Source: Octopus vulgaris (lineage: Eukaryota). From it: 64,000 nt of DNA. The notes beneath the pieces were generated by a model that saw only the letters and a program-made list of their open reading frames with translations, ran no database searches and was not told the DNA's origin. Positions 29,444-43,078 of this stretch are shown piece by piece; position 1 is the stretch's first letter, and each line of letters opens with the position of its first letter. The DNA is taken from assembly GCA_951406725.2 (NCBI GenBank), contig OX597819.1, forward strand, positions 71,672,001 to 71,736,000, in the 5' to 3' direction. The translations under genes and the position numbers were made by a program.

Positions 29444-29588
29444 TTGCAGCGTGGAAGGTGTTTATAAGCCATTTAAGAAACACACAAAAGCCGTTCGATT
29501 CACTTCAACATTTAAGTTTAATGTTGAAATGAATCGAACGGCTTTTGTGTGTTTCTTAAATGGCTTATAAACACCTTCCACGCTGCAA
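29444..29588. repeat. Near-perfect ~69-bp-arm hairpin between (TA)n tracts
   Basis: ttgcagcgtggaaggtgtttataagcc...aacatt / aatgttg...ggcttataaacaccttccacgctgcaa with 1 mismatch; same family as 52955-53290. Confidence 0.9.
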
Positions 29589-29648
29589 TTGTTTTCGTTT
29601 CAGCACACGATCTCAGATCAAATTACTTGCTATGCGAGTACATCTCCG

Positions 29649-30158
<510 letters not shown>

Positions 30159-30159
30159 T

Positions 30160-30194
<35 letters not shown>

Positions 30195-30985
30195 TACACG
30201 TGTGTGTGCGGGGCTACATTATCGAAGATCAGACATTTTCCCTTTTTAGACGACAACAGGGGCTCGACGGCGGTTGGCTCGACTATATAGAAATCTTTAT
30301 TCTGTCAACTTTTGAAGAATTAAGACGTTATCCACTATGGAGTCAAAAAATGAAACTTGAATTGAGAATGGAAAGGAAAAATCTTCCGTGAATATTTGAA
30401 TTTGGAAAAAAATATGACCGTCAAAAAAATGAATCCACTCCGTATTGTACTACTCTCTCTTTCTGCCTTTCTTTCCATCATTTCCTCTCTCTCTCTCTCT
30501 CTCCCTCTCTTTCTGTAAATATATATTAGCTTGTGTGTTTGTGTATGTGTGTATGCATTTAATAATTTTCTAGAATTAACCTAAAATTTTCAATGGCTTT
30601 GATAAGTCTCTTAAGTGTCGCACGAGCACCCATCCCTGAATGCAAATTTCCTGTTGTAGAAACGACTGAAAGTCAATGAAAGTGAGTACAGAACTTTTGC
30701 TCTTTTGTCATTCGTTAATTATTGTTACTGTCCGCACTATAGCAGCAAGCTGAGTGAATCGGCAGCACCCCGGGTAAGAGGCTCAGCAGCATTTCGTCCA
30801 TCCTTGCGATCTTCGTTCAAATTCCGCTGAGGTCAACTTTACCTTTCATCCTGTAGGCGTCTACAAAAATAAGTAGCAGTTAAATACTGGGGTCAATGTA
30901 ATCGACTTAACCCTCCTCTGAAATTGCTGGCCTTGTGCCAAAACTTGTGAACAATATTAGTAATAGCTCAACGTAGTAGTTGTAC

Positions 30986-31379
30986 TGACGAGTAATATTC
31001 GTAGCCCCTTTAACATGGCTGTCCGTTCGAGCGGACTCTACTGCGATATTTTAACCCCAAGAGGACATCTCCTCTAGCTGGCAGATGGTAGAAGTTCGCT
31101 CCCCGACTTGCAGTTTTATCGGATGCAGCTGTACATCGTTAACCAGCTAGAGGCGATGTGCTCTTGGGTTTAAAAAATCGCAGCTTACCAGCTAGAGATG
31201 GCGTTCTCTTGGGGTTAAAAATCGCAGTTTAACCAGCTAGAGAAGACGTTTTCTTGCGTTGAAAAAATTGCAGTTTAACCAGCCAGCTAGAGAAGATGTC
31301 ATCTTGGAGTTAAATAACTTGCAGTAGAGTCCGCTCGAACGGACAGCCATGTTAAAGTGGCTGCGAATATTACTTGGCA
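30986..31379. mobile_element. MITE with ~100-bp TIRs and internal ~45-bp tandem repeats
   Basis: agtaatattcg...ttaacatggctgtccgttcgagcggactctactgc / gcagtagagtccgctcgaacggacagccatgttaa...cgaatattact; four accagctagag...tcttgg..ttaaa units inside. Confidence 0.88.
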
Positions 31380-32275
31380 ATATTACTATCCTTACTCGTC
31401 TAAAGATAAGAATAGAACGTGGTCATTACATATGTAAGGAGAGTTCAATTATATCCTTTCTTCACTTCTTTTTGAAAAAACTATTATCTATTCTCGTTCT
31501 CGTAATTAATATCTCGATTTCCTCACCAATCTGATAAAAAAAAAGAACTTCTGTCAATCTTGATCCTCCCAAATAATTTGAAATTCGGCAAAACAGTGAG
31601 CAGATCCGACTAACATCCTAATGCATTTATATACGCCATTGGAATTTCAAGTTTTTTTTCTTTTGTATGCTCGTCATTTTCTTCGTTACTGCAAAAGAAA
31701 TAGATAAAATAGGATTCTGCTGCTGAATTATAATTAGTATTACCACGAAATGGCTGAGGATGAGCCATTTTATCTCACTCGCAAAAAAATTGAAGCGGAT
31801 GGATCAATCAGAACGATGATATGTGCGTGCGCGTGGGGATAAGTAGCATGTGAATGCATGCATATCATTATATCTGCATATATGCGTAATCATGTATATG
31901 TGTGTATATGTGTGTGTATACATGTGTGTGTATATGAGTATGCTACTAACATGTGAACTGTATATAATTTTAGGTATTTGCATACCTGTATGTATACTTA
32001 TATATATATACGTGTGCGTTTGTGCGTATGTGAGTTTGTGTGTGTATGTGTGTGTGTGTGTATGAGTGTGCTACTAACATGTGAACTGTATGTAATCTTA
32101 GCTATTTTCATATCTGTATGTATACTTCTATATGTGCGTGTGTTTGTGTGTGTGTGTATGTGTACCTCTATTACTCCTATAATTCTCTTTCTGTCTTTCG
32201 TTTTCTCGCCTTATGACGTCAATTTTCTTAACGGTATTTCGATATTGCTAGCGTTCCCTATCCACCTCTGTTTTC

Positions 32276-32317
<42 letters not shown>

Positions 32318-32515
32318 AGTGTGTATTTTCCTTTGTTAACAATTAACACGGAAAAAATATATAAATAGTTACCCGGGTAGCAAAAAAGCACACAAGTAAG
32401 AAGGTTTTAACTCCTTGTTTTTAAAGGTAGAAACTTAGGGTTTACGTGAAATATTCTGTATAATATATATAAATAAATAAATGAAGTTAAACGCAGGTGC
32501 TATTCAAATTCCTAT

Positions 32516-32603
32516 ACTTCCGACACATGTTTCGAAGATATCACTGGTATTATTCCAAAGGAATAAAATTGTGTGAAACAATATAATCTTCTCTTCAGGG
32601 AGT
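32516..32603 (-). ncRNA. Type-I hammerhead motif with long stem II
   Basis: Minus strand cc-CTGAAGA-gaagat...atcttc-GAAA-c atgt g-TC-ggaagt. Confidence 0.65.
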
Positions 32604-32745
32604 GAAGAAATGACACTTGTCAATAAGACAAGTGTGGTTACTAATTTCTTATGCGCTTATTTGACATTTGGCTACCTTGTCACCGTTCGTCTGGATGTTT
32701 CTTGTAAATTGAACATGTATATATATTGACGAGTTTCATTTCTTC

Positions 32746-32834
32746 ACTTCCCTGAAGTGAAGATTACATTGTTTTACACTATTTTATTCCTTTGGAATAT
32801 TACCAGTGATATTTTCGAAACATGAGTCGGAAGT
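32746..32834 (+). ncRNA. Type-I hammerhead motif (inverted partner of 32516-32603)
   Basis: acttcc-CTGAAGT-gaagat...attttc-GAAA-catga-GTC-ggaagt; 6-bp perfect stem I, one core substitution. Confidence 0.65.
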
Positions 32835-32863
32835 AAAAGTTAAACCGGCGTTTAACTCCATTT

Positions 32864-32897
<34 letters not shown>

Positions 32898-32924
32898 ATA
32901 CAAACACACACACACGCACACACG

Positions 32925-33008
<84 letters not shown>

Positions 33009-33063
33009 TGAAGTTTCTTACATCTATAAAATGACTTATTGGTGAGCACTGTAATTTATAATC

Positions 33064-33151
33064 TCCTCCCTGATGAGATGGATGCATTTTTCCACATTAC
33101 TCTTCCTCTCGAATTTACTTTAATGCATCTATCGAAACATATGTCGGTGAT
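33064..33151 (+). ncRNA. Type-I hammerhead ribozyme, canonical core
   Basis: cc-CTGATGA-gatggatgcatt...aatgcatctatc-GAAA-catat-GTC-gg. 12-bp stem II, palindromic stem III ACATATGT, GUC site; stem I is eroded. Confidence 0.72.
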
Positions 33152-33331
33152 AAAAATGATTCAAATAATATCTTGACAGTTTGTATCCATTTTCCAATAT
33201 TCTTATGTTCTCCAAAACACGTCCCACTCTTCGGTATGAACACCCACGAAAGTGTGATTACTAGTTTCTTAGGCGCTTATTTGACATTTGGCTACCTTGT
33301 AACCGTTCCTCTGGATCTTTCTTGTAAATTG

Positions 33332-33393
<62 letters not shown>

Positions 33394-33394
<1 letters not shown>

Positions 33395-34010
33395 GGTTAA
33401 TCCAAACAAGAAAGCACAAAAAAACACAACAACGCGAGGACGTGGAACAAATATAGTATTATTGGACGTTTAACGTTTCGAGCGAAGCTCTTCGTCGGAA
33501 ACATAGGAGAAGGAAAGATCCAAAGAAGGGAAGACAGAGGGAAAAAATCGCCAACGGTACACACGAGGTCAGTGAATGTCTATGTAGGTGTAAGTGGTGG
33601 CGACACAAGTGGAAAATTGGAAGTAGAAGAAGAAAAGTAAAAAAGGACGAGGAAAAGTGGAAGAGTCACGGACAAATTTTTTTGATTTTCAATCACGATT
33701 TCAGTGGCGTACTCCGGAAGAAAGGAAACAGTAATCCGTAGGTGTAAAAATCCAGGAATTGGTATCCAAGGCACTTAGAGGGCCGGGGTCCGTGTGAGCG
33801 TGCGGTATATAAAGTTAATCCAAACAAGAAAGCACCAAAAAAACACAACAACGCGAGGACGTGGAACAAATATATTATTATTGGACGCTCAGGAAAGAAG
33901 GAAAGAAGGAGGGTTTAACGTTTCGAGCGGAGCTCTTCATCGGAAACATAGGAGAAGGAAAGATCCAGAGAAGGGAAGACAGAGGAAAAAAAATCGCCAA
34001 CGGTACACAC
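33394..34010 (-). mobile_element. PLE-type terminal repeat, two direct copies (33394-33565, 33812-34010)
   Basis: gttaatccaaacaagaaagcac...cgccaacggtacacac is duplicated. A partial inverse copy lies at ~12720-12815. Carries an HHR-like motif. Confidence 0.7.
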
Positions 34011-34579
34011 ATGCGTGTGTATATGTATGCGTTACTAATATGTGAAATGTATATAATTATAGGTATATGTATACATGTATGTATACTTATGTGTACGTGT
34101 GTTTGTGTGTGTGTGCACGTGCATGTCTTTATGCGCGTATATATATGTGAAATGCAGTGTTTCTGTCACACATGATCAGAAGCTTATACATGCACATGCA
34201 CGTCTATATATACATGCAGATATGTAGACTATTTTATGCATTAACATATTCTGATGTATGTACATATATCATTCCACAGACAAACGCAAACACACAAATG
34301 CACACACACACACACGCTCGCACACACACATACATGTATATGCGTAGTTACTTCTAAATGTGCATATATATTTATATACAAAAATAGGTGAGCATTTCTA
34401 TATCTACGCAAATACACACACACACACACACAGACACACACACGCACATTAACGTTCTCGCACATACACCTGGACACACATATACACACGGGCACACCAC
34501 TACATATATGTATATGCATAGTTACACTCAAATTTACATATATGTATAGATAAACTCACAAACACACACACACAGGTAG

Positions 34580-34612
<33 letters not shown>

Positions 34613-34860
34613 CATACATACATACATACATACATACATACATACATACATACATACAGGTATGCATACATAAGTGTATTGGCTTGTACACACACATTTA
34701 CATACATAAACATTCACATGTTTTCATACACATATACACATACAAACACAGAGAGACACACTTTTTCTTTCTTTTTATTTTATCCACACGAATAAATTGA
34801 GCTGTATAATGGCCAGAAAATAAAAATAAAACCGTCTGTTGCCGTAATACCCCGAACTCT

Positions 34861-34895
<35 letters not shown>

Positions 34896-35327
34896 ATATA
34901 CATAATGATGTGTTAGGAATATGAATTATTATATTGATGGTGTCTTTTCTTTCTTTGTTCATTTATTCGTTCGTAAGTGATCTGACTCTCAATGGCCGCC
35001 ATTTATCTCTCTGTGGCATTATGTTAATTTTTCTCTCAATAACTCACTCATGCAGCAGCTCGAAGGCAACGTTTTTTAAGATCTACATGAAAGCAGGTTT
35101 TCAAATCTAATACTCACCTCTAATGATAACCATTCCAGTGTTGCGGTTTTGATCTACACAAGACTTATTTATATATATATATGTGTGTGTGTTTGTGTGT
35201 GTGCGTAAATATATACGCATGTAAACATTTTCACCAGAGACAGTAAGTATATATAAATTATTAACTTGCATTTTGATCATGCCATTATTTTGATATCGTC
35301 TTCATAATAATAACAATGATGATGATG

Positions 35328-35408
<81 letters not shown>

Positions 35409-36212
35409 CCTTTCTACTGGGAGTACAATGCCACAGATTTGTGGGGTGCGGACTGGTCGATTATATCGACTCCATTGTTTCACTGGTACTTAATATATCA
35501 ACCCCGGAAGGATGAAAGGCAAAGTCTACCTCGGCAGAATTTGAACTCAGAACGTAAAGACGAACTATGTACAAAGATGAATGACTAACCAAACGAACGT
35601 CTCTTGCTCTCTCACTTCTTTTCATTCATTTCATCTTTTTTGTAGGATTGGTGTTTCCATTACCAAGTTGAGCTTCCCTATTATTTTATTCTATTATACA
35701 CACGGCCAGAGCATCCTTTTAAACGTACTCTGACATTACCAATATTACAGCTCATCTTTATTTTTTTTCTTATATATGATTCCAGCTAGCACTTTCATAT
35801 CATAAATCCCATACTCTGAGATCAATAACGTTCTTTTGTTGAATTTTTTTGTCTCGTCTAGGCTGCAGTTTTAGATGAAAAGAAGCAATTGGATTTGTGA
35901 CGTATCTAAATATGTGTGAGTGTTTGTATGTGTGCATGTGCGTGCGTTTGATGCGTGTGTATATAAACGCGTATATCCATATAAGAGTATATATACACAC
36001 ACACACGCATATATATAAACATGTATGTATATGTATATATTTTTTCAAAAATAATTAAGTGTAAAATTATTTAATTAATTAATAATTAATAATTTTACCA
36101 AGTAGTTCGGTACTTACTCTCAAATATTGAAATATTGTATATGCATATATATATATATATATGTTTGTATATGCATATATATATATGCGTATATATATAT
36201 ATATATATATAC

Positions 36213-36284
<72 letters not shown>

Positions 36285-36779
36285 GCATATATATATATGC
36301 ATATATATAAATTCAGGGTGAATACTTGATAATTGTAAGCACCTGTATATACCATTTAATGGTGTAGGTGGTAGAGCAGGTTATTACGACCAATCGAACC
36401 CCATTCATCCAGGCAGTAGTCAATATAATTGGACTGGCAGCCATAATACCCGAACCGCTTGTAATAACACCCGTCACCCCAACAGAAGCAGCACTACACC
36501 CATCAACAATATACCTCATGAGGATAACATGGCTCCTACGATTAATGCAGCACCTCTGCCCACTTTGAGTAATAGAATTAATAATAATAATTACAACGCT
36601 GAACAAAGTCCCAACAATATAGACCAAAATATCTTAAGCAACACCAACAGCGAGAGTAGCATTATCAATGACGAGGCGACTAACGTTTTTTTCCACCCAC
36701 CAGAGTGGCTACCACTACAATAACCATACGCTAACTACCCCCCCCTCCTGGGACTAATAACACACGACTGGGAAATGCA

Positions 36780-37206
36780 GTGTCCTGCAACTGCATAAGT
36801 GCCTCCGAATGTCCGTTACGTGGGGAATGTCGGGCTAAAAACAATCTATTCATGTCAGGTGAGTACTCAGTTTAACACACTCACCTACATAGGTTGCTCG
36901 ACCGCCTGGAAATCTAGATACTACAACCACCAGCCTCATTCAGGCATAGACACAAGGCTAGCAGCAACTCCCTATCTAAAAAAATGGGAATTAAAAGACA
37001 ATAGCGTAGTTTTCAACCTCAGGTGGTCCATCATCGGATCAGCTGCACCTTATTTAAATAATAGAACAGGATGCCAGCTATGTTGTGTGGAACTCCTGAA
37101 TATCATGAAATTCAAGGAGAAACACAAGCTAATTAATAAAAGATCTGAATTCAAGCATTCTTGTATACACAAACTTACTAAAACTTTCAAATACTACAAA
37201 GCTTAG
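36780..37206 (+). pseudogene. PLE GIY-YIG endonuclease (Naiad/Neptune-type), frameshifted
   Basis: CNC....CPLRGEC / IYSCQV..TYIGCS..WKSRYYNH / WELK..W.II..A.PY..CQLCCVE..LINKRSE..CIH. Confidence 0.85.
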
Positions 37207-39286
37207 GCTATTATACCTACTCCCCCATGCAATATCCTCCCACCCAAGTACAACTTGTCAGCTCCAGCACACCCCGTTTTTTTTTCCCTATATTTTTTTT
37301 CCTATATCTATTTTTCCCTATATCTATATCTATTTCCATTTCTAACTTTGATATTGAGCCTACACCCCCGAACCCCACTTCCCACCCTCTCACTTATGAC
37401 TACTCCGTAATTTCCCCCTCTCCCCACCTCAGTTTCCCTAACCTTCCCTGGGTGGTTACCCTTTAACACACACCTGTACTTTTACCTTTACAATCACATT
37501 TTACTTTTACCTTCATTTCATGTTAATCTTTACTCGATTACCTTTATTTTATTTTATTTTTAATTTTTAATTTTATCCTTTTTTTACTTCTATTTTTACT
37601 TCTATTTTACCATTTTTTGTCTCCATGTATCTCTATTTTTAGTTCTATTTCCTTATATGTTTATTCATGTATATGTATGTATATGTGTATATGTGTGTGT
37701 ATATGTATATATATGTGTGCGTATGTGTGTATGTTCTTTGTCTCTTTCTTTTACCCCTGTAACTTGCTAATTACCCACTTATAATGTTATTTCAATGGTT
37801 TGCAACCGTCATGCCACTCTAAGACATACATTTAGAACATGTAGGTCCCTCTTGCCTGTGTGCGGGAATGGATCTACTTGTTATACCTGTGTCTGTGCAT
37901 ATGCATATATGCATATTTTCGTGTATATACATAGGGATTTACTCCCCCATGTGTGTGAGTGTTGGCGTGAGTGTGGGTGTATGAATATCTTTGTCCATAA
38001 GCATAGAGATTTACCTCCTCACGTGTGTGAGTTGTGTGTGAGTGTGTATGTATGTGCGTATGTACGTGTATGTGTATACGTAAGTATGCGCATCAGTTCT
38101 TGTACCCAACTACATGCGCCTTTTTCCGTATGTATGTGTATATTGAGATATTTATGTATGTACGCATATACGTATGTGGGTGGGTAGACGGGCGGGTTTT
38201 ACATATGTACGCGTGAGTATGTATTTGTGTGTATACGAGTGCGTGTGCAGAGGCAGGTTAGTGTATTTGCTTTTATGTATTTAGCTGGTGCAAGCTTAGG
38301 TATACGTACGTAGCGGGACGTATGTATATGCGTACCCCTGTCGATACATTTTTACACGAGAGTACGTATGTATTTATACGAGTGAATGTGCATACGTGTG
38401 TATATGTATGTGTATATGTGTATATGTATCCAAGCGTGTACGTATGTACACGTTGACCACTAGTAACAAGGACAATTCACGAGGAAGCAGATAAACGGTT
38501 TAACCACAAACCAGACAACCCTAATTAACCATATACTGGGCCTCCAGACATTCTAGTTGATTAATGACACCCGCCATTACGCCCGTAGGCTTCTACAACC
38601 GGAATATGTCATCGTTCTGACCACCTTGTTAGTTCTTAACCCCTTTACATCCCCTATCCTTATATTTTTTAATATTTTTTTATATTTTCATATTTTTTAT
38701 ATTTTTTTATATCTTTTTATCTTCCGTCCTTAGTTCTCGCTCCTTTATCTTTATCTCTATTTATTTATATTACCATGTGGTTTTTTCACGTCTGTGTGTA
38801 TTTATATATTTATTTATTTATTTATATATTTATATAGTTATATATTGATTTATATATTTATATAGTTATATATTGATTTATATATTTATATAGTTATATA
38901 TTGATTTATATATTTATATACTTAGATACTCTTTTTATATCCTTATATATTTTTTTATATTCTTATATTTTTTATATTCTTATACCTTTTTTATATATTA
39001 TTTTTAATTTTTACTCTTTTGATATTTTAAAATTTTTGCTCTTTTACTACCTTTTGCACCCACCTCCCTCCCTCTTTGTGATCCCTAACTCACTAAAGAT
39101 TCAACCCCCGAACCCCTTCCCTCTCTATCTCAACATCCAAACTTCCTCATTCTACATCGAGTGAGAGACGAGATGGACGCTTCGTTTTTGTGCTGGTTCC
39201 CCACCCTGTCGTACGCGACTGTGAAGATTTGCATCCCCTACATAAAACTTATAATGTAATACATGCCCTTGAAGTAGTAATTGTAC

Positions 39287-39364
39287 GCGGCTGAAGAAGG
39301 CCATAGACACACATTATGCATTGTTATAAATCCGTCTAATAAAGGCTCAAAACATATGTACCGC
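39287..39364 (+). ncRNA. Type-I hammerhead motif at PLE 3' end (G>A decay)
   Basis: gcgg-CTGAAGA-aggcc...ggctc-AAAA-catat-GTA-ccgc; stem I perfect, palindromic stem III. Confidence 0.65.
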
Positions 39365-39721
39365 TGAATCCTTGGCATCATGTTGTTATTTTGATTATAT
39401 GCATATATATATAGAGAGATAGATAGAGAGATAGTTAGATATATAGATAGCCAGACAAGAAGACAGATGAATACATATATACATGCATGCATACATATAT
39501 GTGTATATATATATGTATATATATATGTATGTATATATATATATATATATAAATTATATATATGTGTGCGTATATGTATATGAGTGTGTGTGCGTCTGTG
39601 TGCATATATATATATATATAAAGATATATATATATATATATGTTTGTATATGCATATATATATGTATGTACAAATGTGTATTGGCACATAGATATGTACC
39701 TGCATATACAATACAATCATA

Positions 39722-39834
<113 letters not shown>

Positions 39835-40011
39835 AGGGCTTAGTAAAATAAATTACTTTGCCACATACTGAACTCATTAGAAATAGCAGCTAAAGAAATT
39901 TCTTCAGCTATTTCTAATACTTAAAGAAGATCTCTCTCAGATAGTGTTTGCCTAAACCAACTCACAAAGGTATGGGGAAAAAACATTAAAAAATCAAGTG
40001 CAAAGGTTATT

Positions 40012-40063
40012 TGAGAACGTACGTTTCTAGATTAGTCAATTCGACATTTCTTTCGTCAGCTCA
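40012..40063 (-). ncRNA. Minimal hammerhead ribozyme (unit copy 1)
   Basis: Reverse complement of 40496-40547. Confidence 0.7.
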
Positions 40064-40495
40064 GAATTCCTTGAATCGGATTTGGGAACACTGAAAGTTG
40101 GGAGCACACCCTTTCGGTTTCTTATCACCTCTAGAATTCTGCTCGAACTAAAAGTGCTATCAAATTCGAATATGCAAGCGAAGAATTTCTGCTCTCCCCT
40201 TTCCACCAGCGTGGGTTAAAATTGACAAACACCATGTATTAATAGTGAAAACCACAGCATTTAACAGAGAGAGATGAATTATAATTTCAACAATTGAGGG
40301 TAAAATTAATTAATTATTAATCAATTTCACCAAGTATTCAGTATGTAAAGGGACCATTTTAGGCGAATTCAAAATATTACATTATATATAAGGGCTTAGT
40401 AAAATAAATTACTTTGCCACATACTGAACTCATTAGAAATAGCAGCTAAAGAAATTTCTTCAGCTATTTCTAATACTTAAAGATTCAAGGAATTC

Positions 40496-40547
40496 TGAGC
40501 TGACGAAAGAAATGTCGAATTGACTAATCTAGAAACGTACGTTCTCA
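40496..40547 (+). ncRNA. Minimal hammerhead ribozyme (unit copy 2)
   Basis: tgag-CTGACGA-aaga aat gtc gaatt gac taa tcta-GAAA-c gtac-GTT-ctca; palindromic stem III AACGTACGTT. Confidence 0.7.
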
Positions 40548-41049
40548 AATAACCTTTGCATCTTGATTTTTTAATGTTTTTCCCCCATACCTTTGTGAGT
40601 TGGTTTAGGCAAACACTATCTGAGAGAGATCTTTAAGTATTAGAAATAGCTGAAGAAATTTCTTTAGCTGCTATTTCTAATGAGTTCAGTATGTGGCAAA
40701 GTAATTTATTTTACTAAGCCCTTATATATAATGTAATATTTTGAATTCGCCTAAAATGGTCCCTTTACATACTGAATACTTGGTGAAATTGATTAATAAT
40801 TAATTAATTTTACCCTCAATTGTTGAAATTATAATTCATCTCTCTCTGTTAAATGCTGCGGTTTTCACCGTTAATACATGGTGTTTGTCAATTTTAACCC
40901 ACGCTGGTGGAAAGGGGAGAGCAGAAATTCTTCGCTTGCATATTCGAATTTGATAGCACTTTTAGTTCGAGCAGAATTCTAGAGGTGATAAGAAACCGAA
41001 AGGGTGTGCTCCCAACTTTCAGTGTTCCCAAATCCGATTCAAGGAATTC

Positions 41050-41101
41050 TGAGCTGACGAAAGAAGTGTCGAATTGACTAATCTAGAAACGTACGTTCTC
41101 A
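41050..41101 (+). ncRNA. Minimal hammerhead ribozyme (unit copy 3)
   Basis: Same as 40496-40547 with one substitution in the stem II region; 554 nt downstream. Confidence 0.7.
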
Positions 41102-41382
41102 AATAACCTTTGCACTTGATTTTTTAATGTTTTTTCCCCCATACCTTTGTGAGTTGGTTTAGGCAAACACTATCTGAGAGAGATCTTCTTTAAGTATTAG
41201 AAATAGCTGAAGAAATTTCTTTAGCTGCTATTTCTAATGAGTTCAGTATGTGGCAAAGTAATTTATTTTACTAAGCCCTTATATATAATGTAATATTTTG
41301 AATTCGCCTAAAATGGTCCCTTTACATACTGAATACTTGGTGAAATTGATTAATAATTAATTAATTTTACCCTCAATTGTTG

Positions 41383-41429
<47 letters not shown>

Positions 41430-41602
41430 AAGAAATTAAAGTGATAAGGGAATCAGAAATAATTTCATGAACTTCAATTAGCTTACAGTTGTTTCTGCTG
41501 TAAGGTGTAATGCACGCATAATTGAGTGCTTGTGTACCACCCAATACGTTCAGCAGAGCTTCAAATATGAAGTACAATTTTATTCGGGTAAGAATTTACA
41601 TT

Positions 41603-41668
<66 letters not shown>

Positions 41669-41959
41669 AATCATTACCATCGAGAAAACATAAGCATATG
41701 CAGGAAATGAAGTAAGGAATTTGAGGGATAGAAAAATTAAATGAAGATAAAATTTTATGTGTATATAAACGTATAAAGATAAGTGTATGAAGAACACCTA
41801 TGTAAAGAAGTAAAAAAGAAAGCGTGTAAAACTACTCCTGAGAATGGTGATAGAAAAGAACAGACAGAATCGAAGCTAATGAGTGAAAGAGAAACAGAAA
41901 GCGCTTATGAGGGTCATAAAGATTTTTCTACATAAGGATCCAAAGCAGAATGACAATTA

Positions 41960-42405
41960 ATTCCGCTAGGGGAAACCACTGGTCTGATATGGTGTTTTTA
42001 AACCTTTTAGCTTAAGAGAGATTTTTTTCCTCCGCGGTAACTGCAGCGAGTTTGCCTTTAGAAGTTAAGATATGTCACAAATATATTTTAAGTAACTTAA
42101 AGTTCGTTTATTTCCAATCCTTGTTCGGTGCCGATGTTGCTATATTCATCCCGGCCAGGTACTCCACTAGCGCAACTAATAATGCTGACGGTGTTTTAGT
42201 TAAATCTACGACTTTACGTCTGCCCACTGTTATTTCTCTTTTCTATTTACCATTGAGCTAGAAACGCGCACCTGGGAATCCGCTAGAGAGAAGCACTGGA
42301 CAGATATGGCAGATAAGAGAGAATTGTTTCTCCACGGTAACTGCTGTGAATTTGCCTTTAAATGCTAAAATATGTCACAAACATTTTAATTAACCTAAAG
42401 TTCAT
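41960..42405. repeat. Diverged direct duplication (~130 bp, spacing ~300-320 bp)
   Basis: ccgctag..cactgg..gatatgg..aagagaga..cggtaactgc..tttgccttta..atatgtcacaaa..taaagttc at ~41962 and ~42280. Confidence 0.75.
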
Positions 42406-43037
42406 ATATGCATATATACATATGTGTGTGTAGGTGTTCAGTTGGAGATAAAGATTACTTTCTGGCATTCATACTGTTTCTATCGCTATTAATTACATAA
42501 ATACAAGACGAACTTCCACGCAGTTTCCGTCTACAATATTGACTCACAAAGCATCCGTCGGCCTGATAACTCTAGTAGAAGACTTTCCCCCCAAGGTGCC
42601 GCACAGCAGAATTGAACATGAAACCACATGATTTCACAGTGAGCTTCTTAACCACACAGCCATGTCTGCATCAACTGAAGATTTCCTTGACGACGTAGGC
42701 CGCTGGTTGTTTCTTTCATAGAGTGAAATTAGTTCAGCTCTCCATACATTACTCATATCTTTTATCTCTATAACTCCCTCCAGTAACACCGAACGGTGTT
42801 CAATATTCATCATTGCACTTAATGTAAATTGAATCACAGGAAAATCATAAAAATGACTCCGTCACGATTCGCCAAAGGCTACCTAATTTTTTTTCCAATC
42901 GATTTCCCATCAAATGATTTCTTCACGAAGCACAAAACCATACAATTTGGGAAAAGGGCAATTTTATCTACCACAGTACTTGTATTTACTGCGAGAGATT
43001 TTATCCATTTTGGAAGGTGGCAAGCAAATCTTAACCC

Positions 43038-43078
<41 letters not shown>

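Larger units (their letters stand above)
36312..39400 (+). mobile_element. Penelope-like element: GIY-YIG endonuclease, long low-complexity 3' region and terminal hammerhead
   Basis: Bounded by (TA)n; GIY-YIG at 36780-37206; HHR at 39287-39364; the 3' end resembles the reverse complement of 2391-2420. Confidence 0.65.

Noticed and set aside
31140-31325. ~45-bp repeats resembling a CRISPR array
   Set aside because: No unique spacers and no cas genes; eukaryotic context; the repeats lie inside a MITE.
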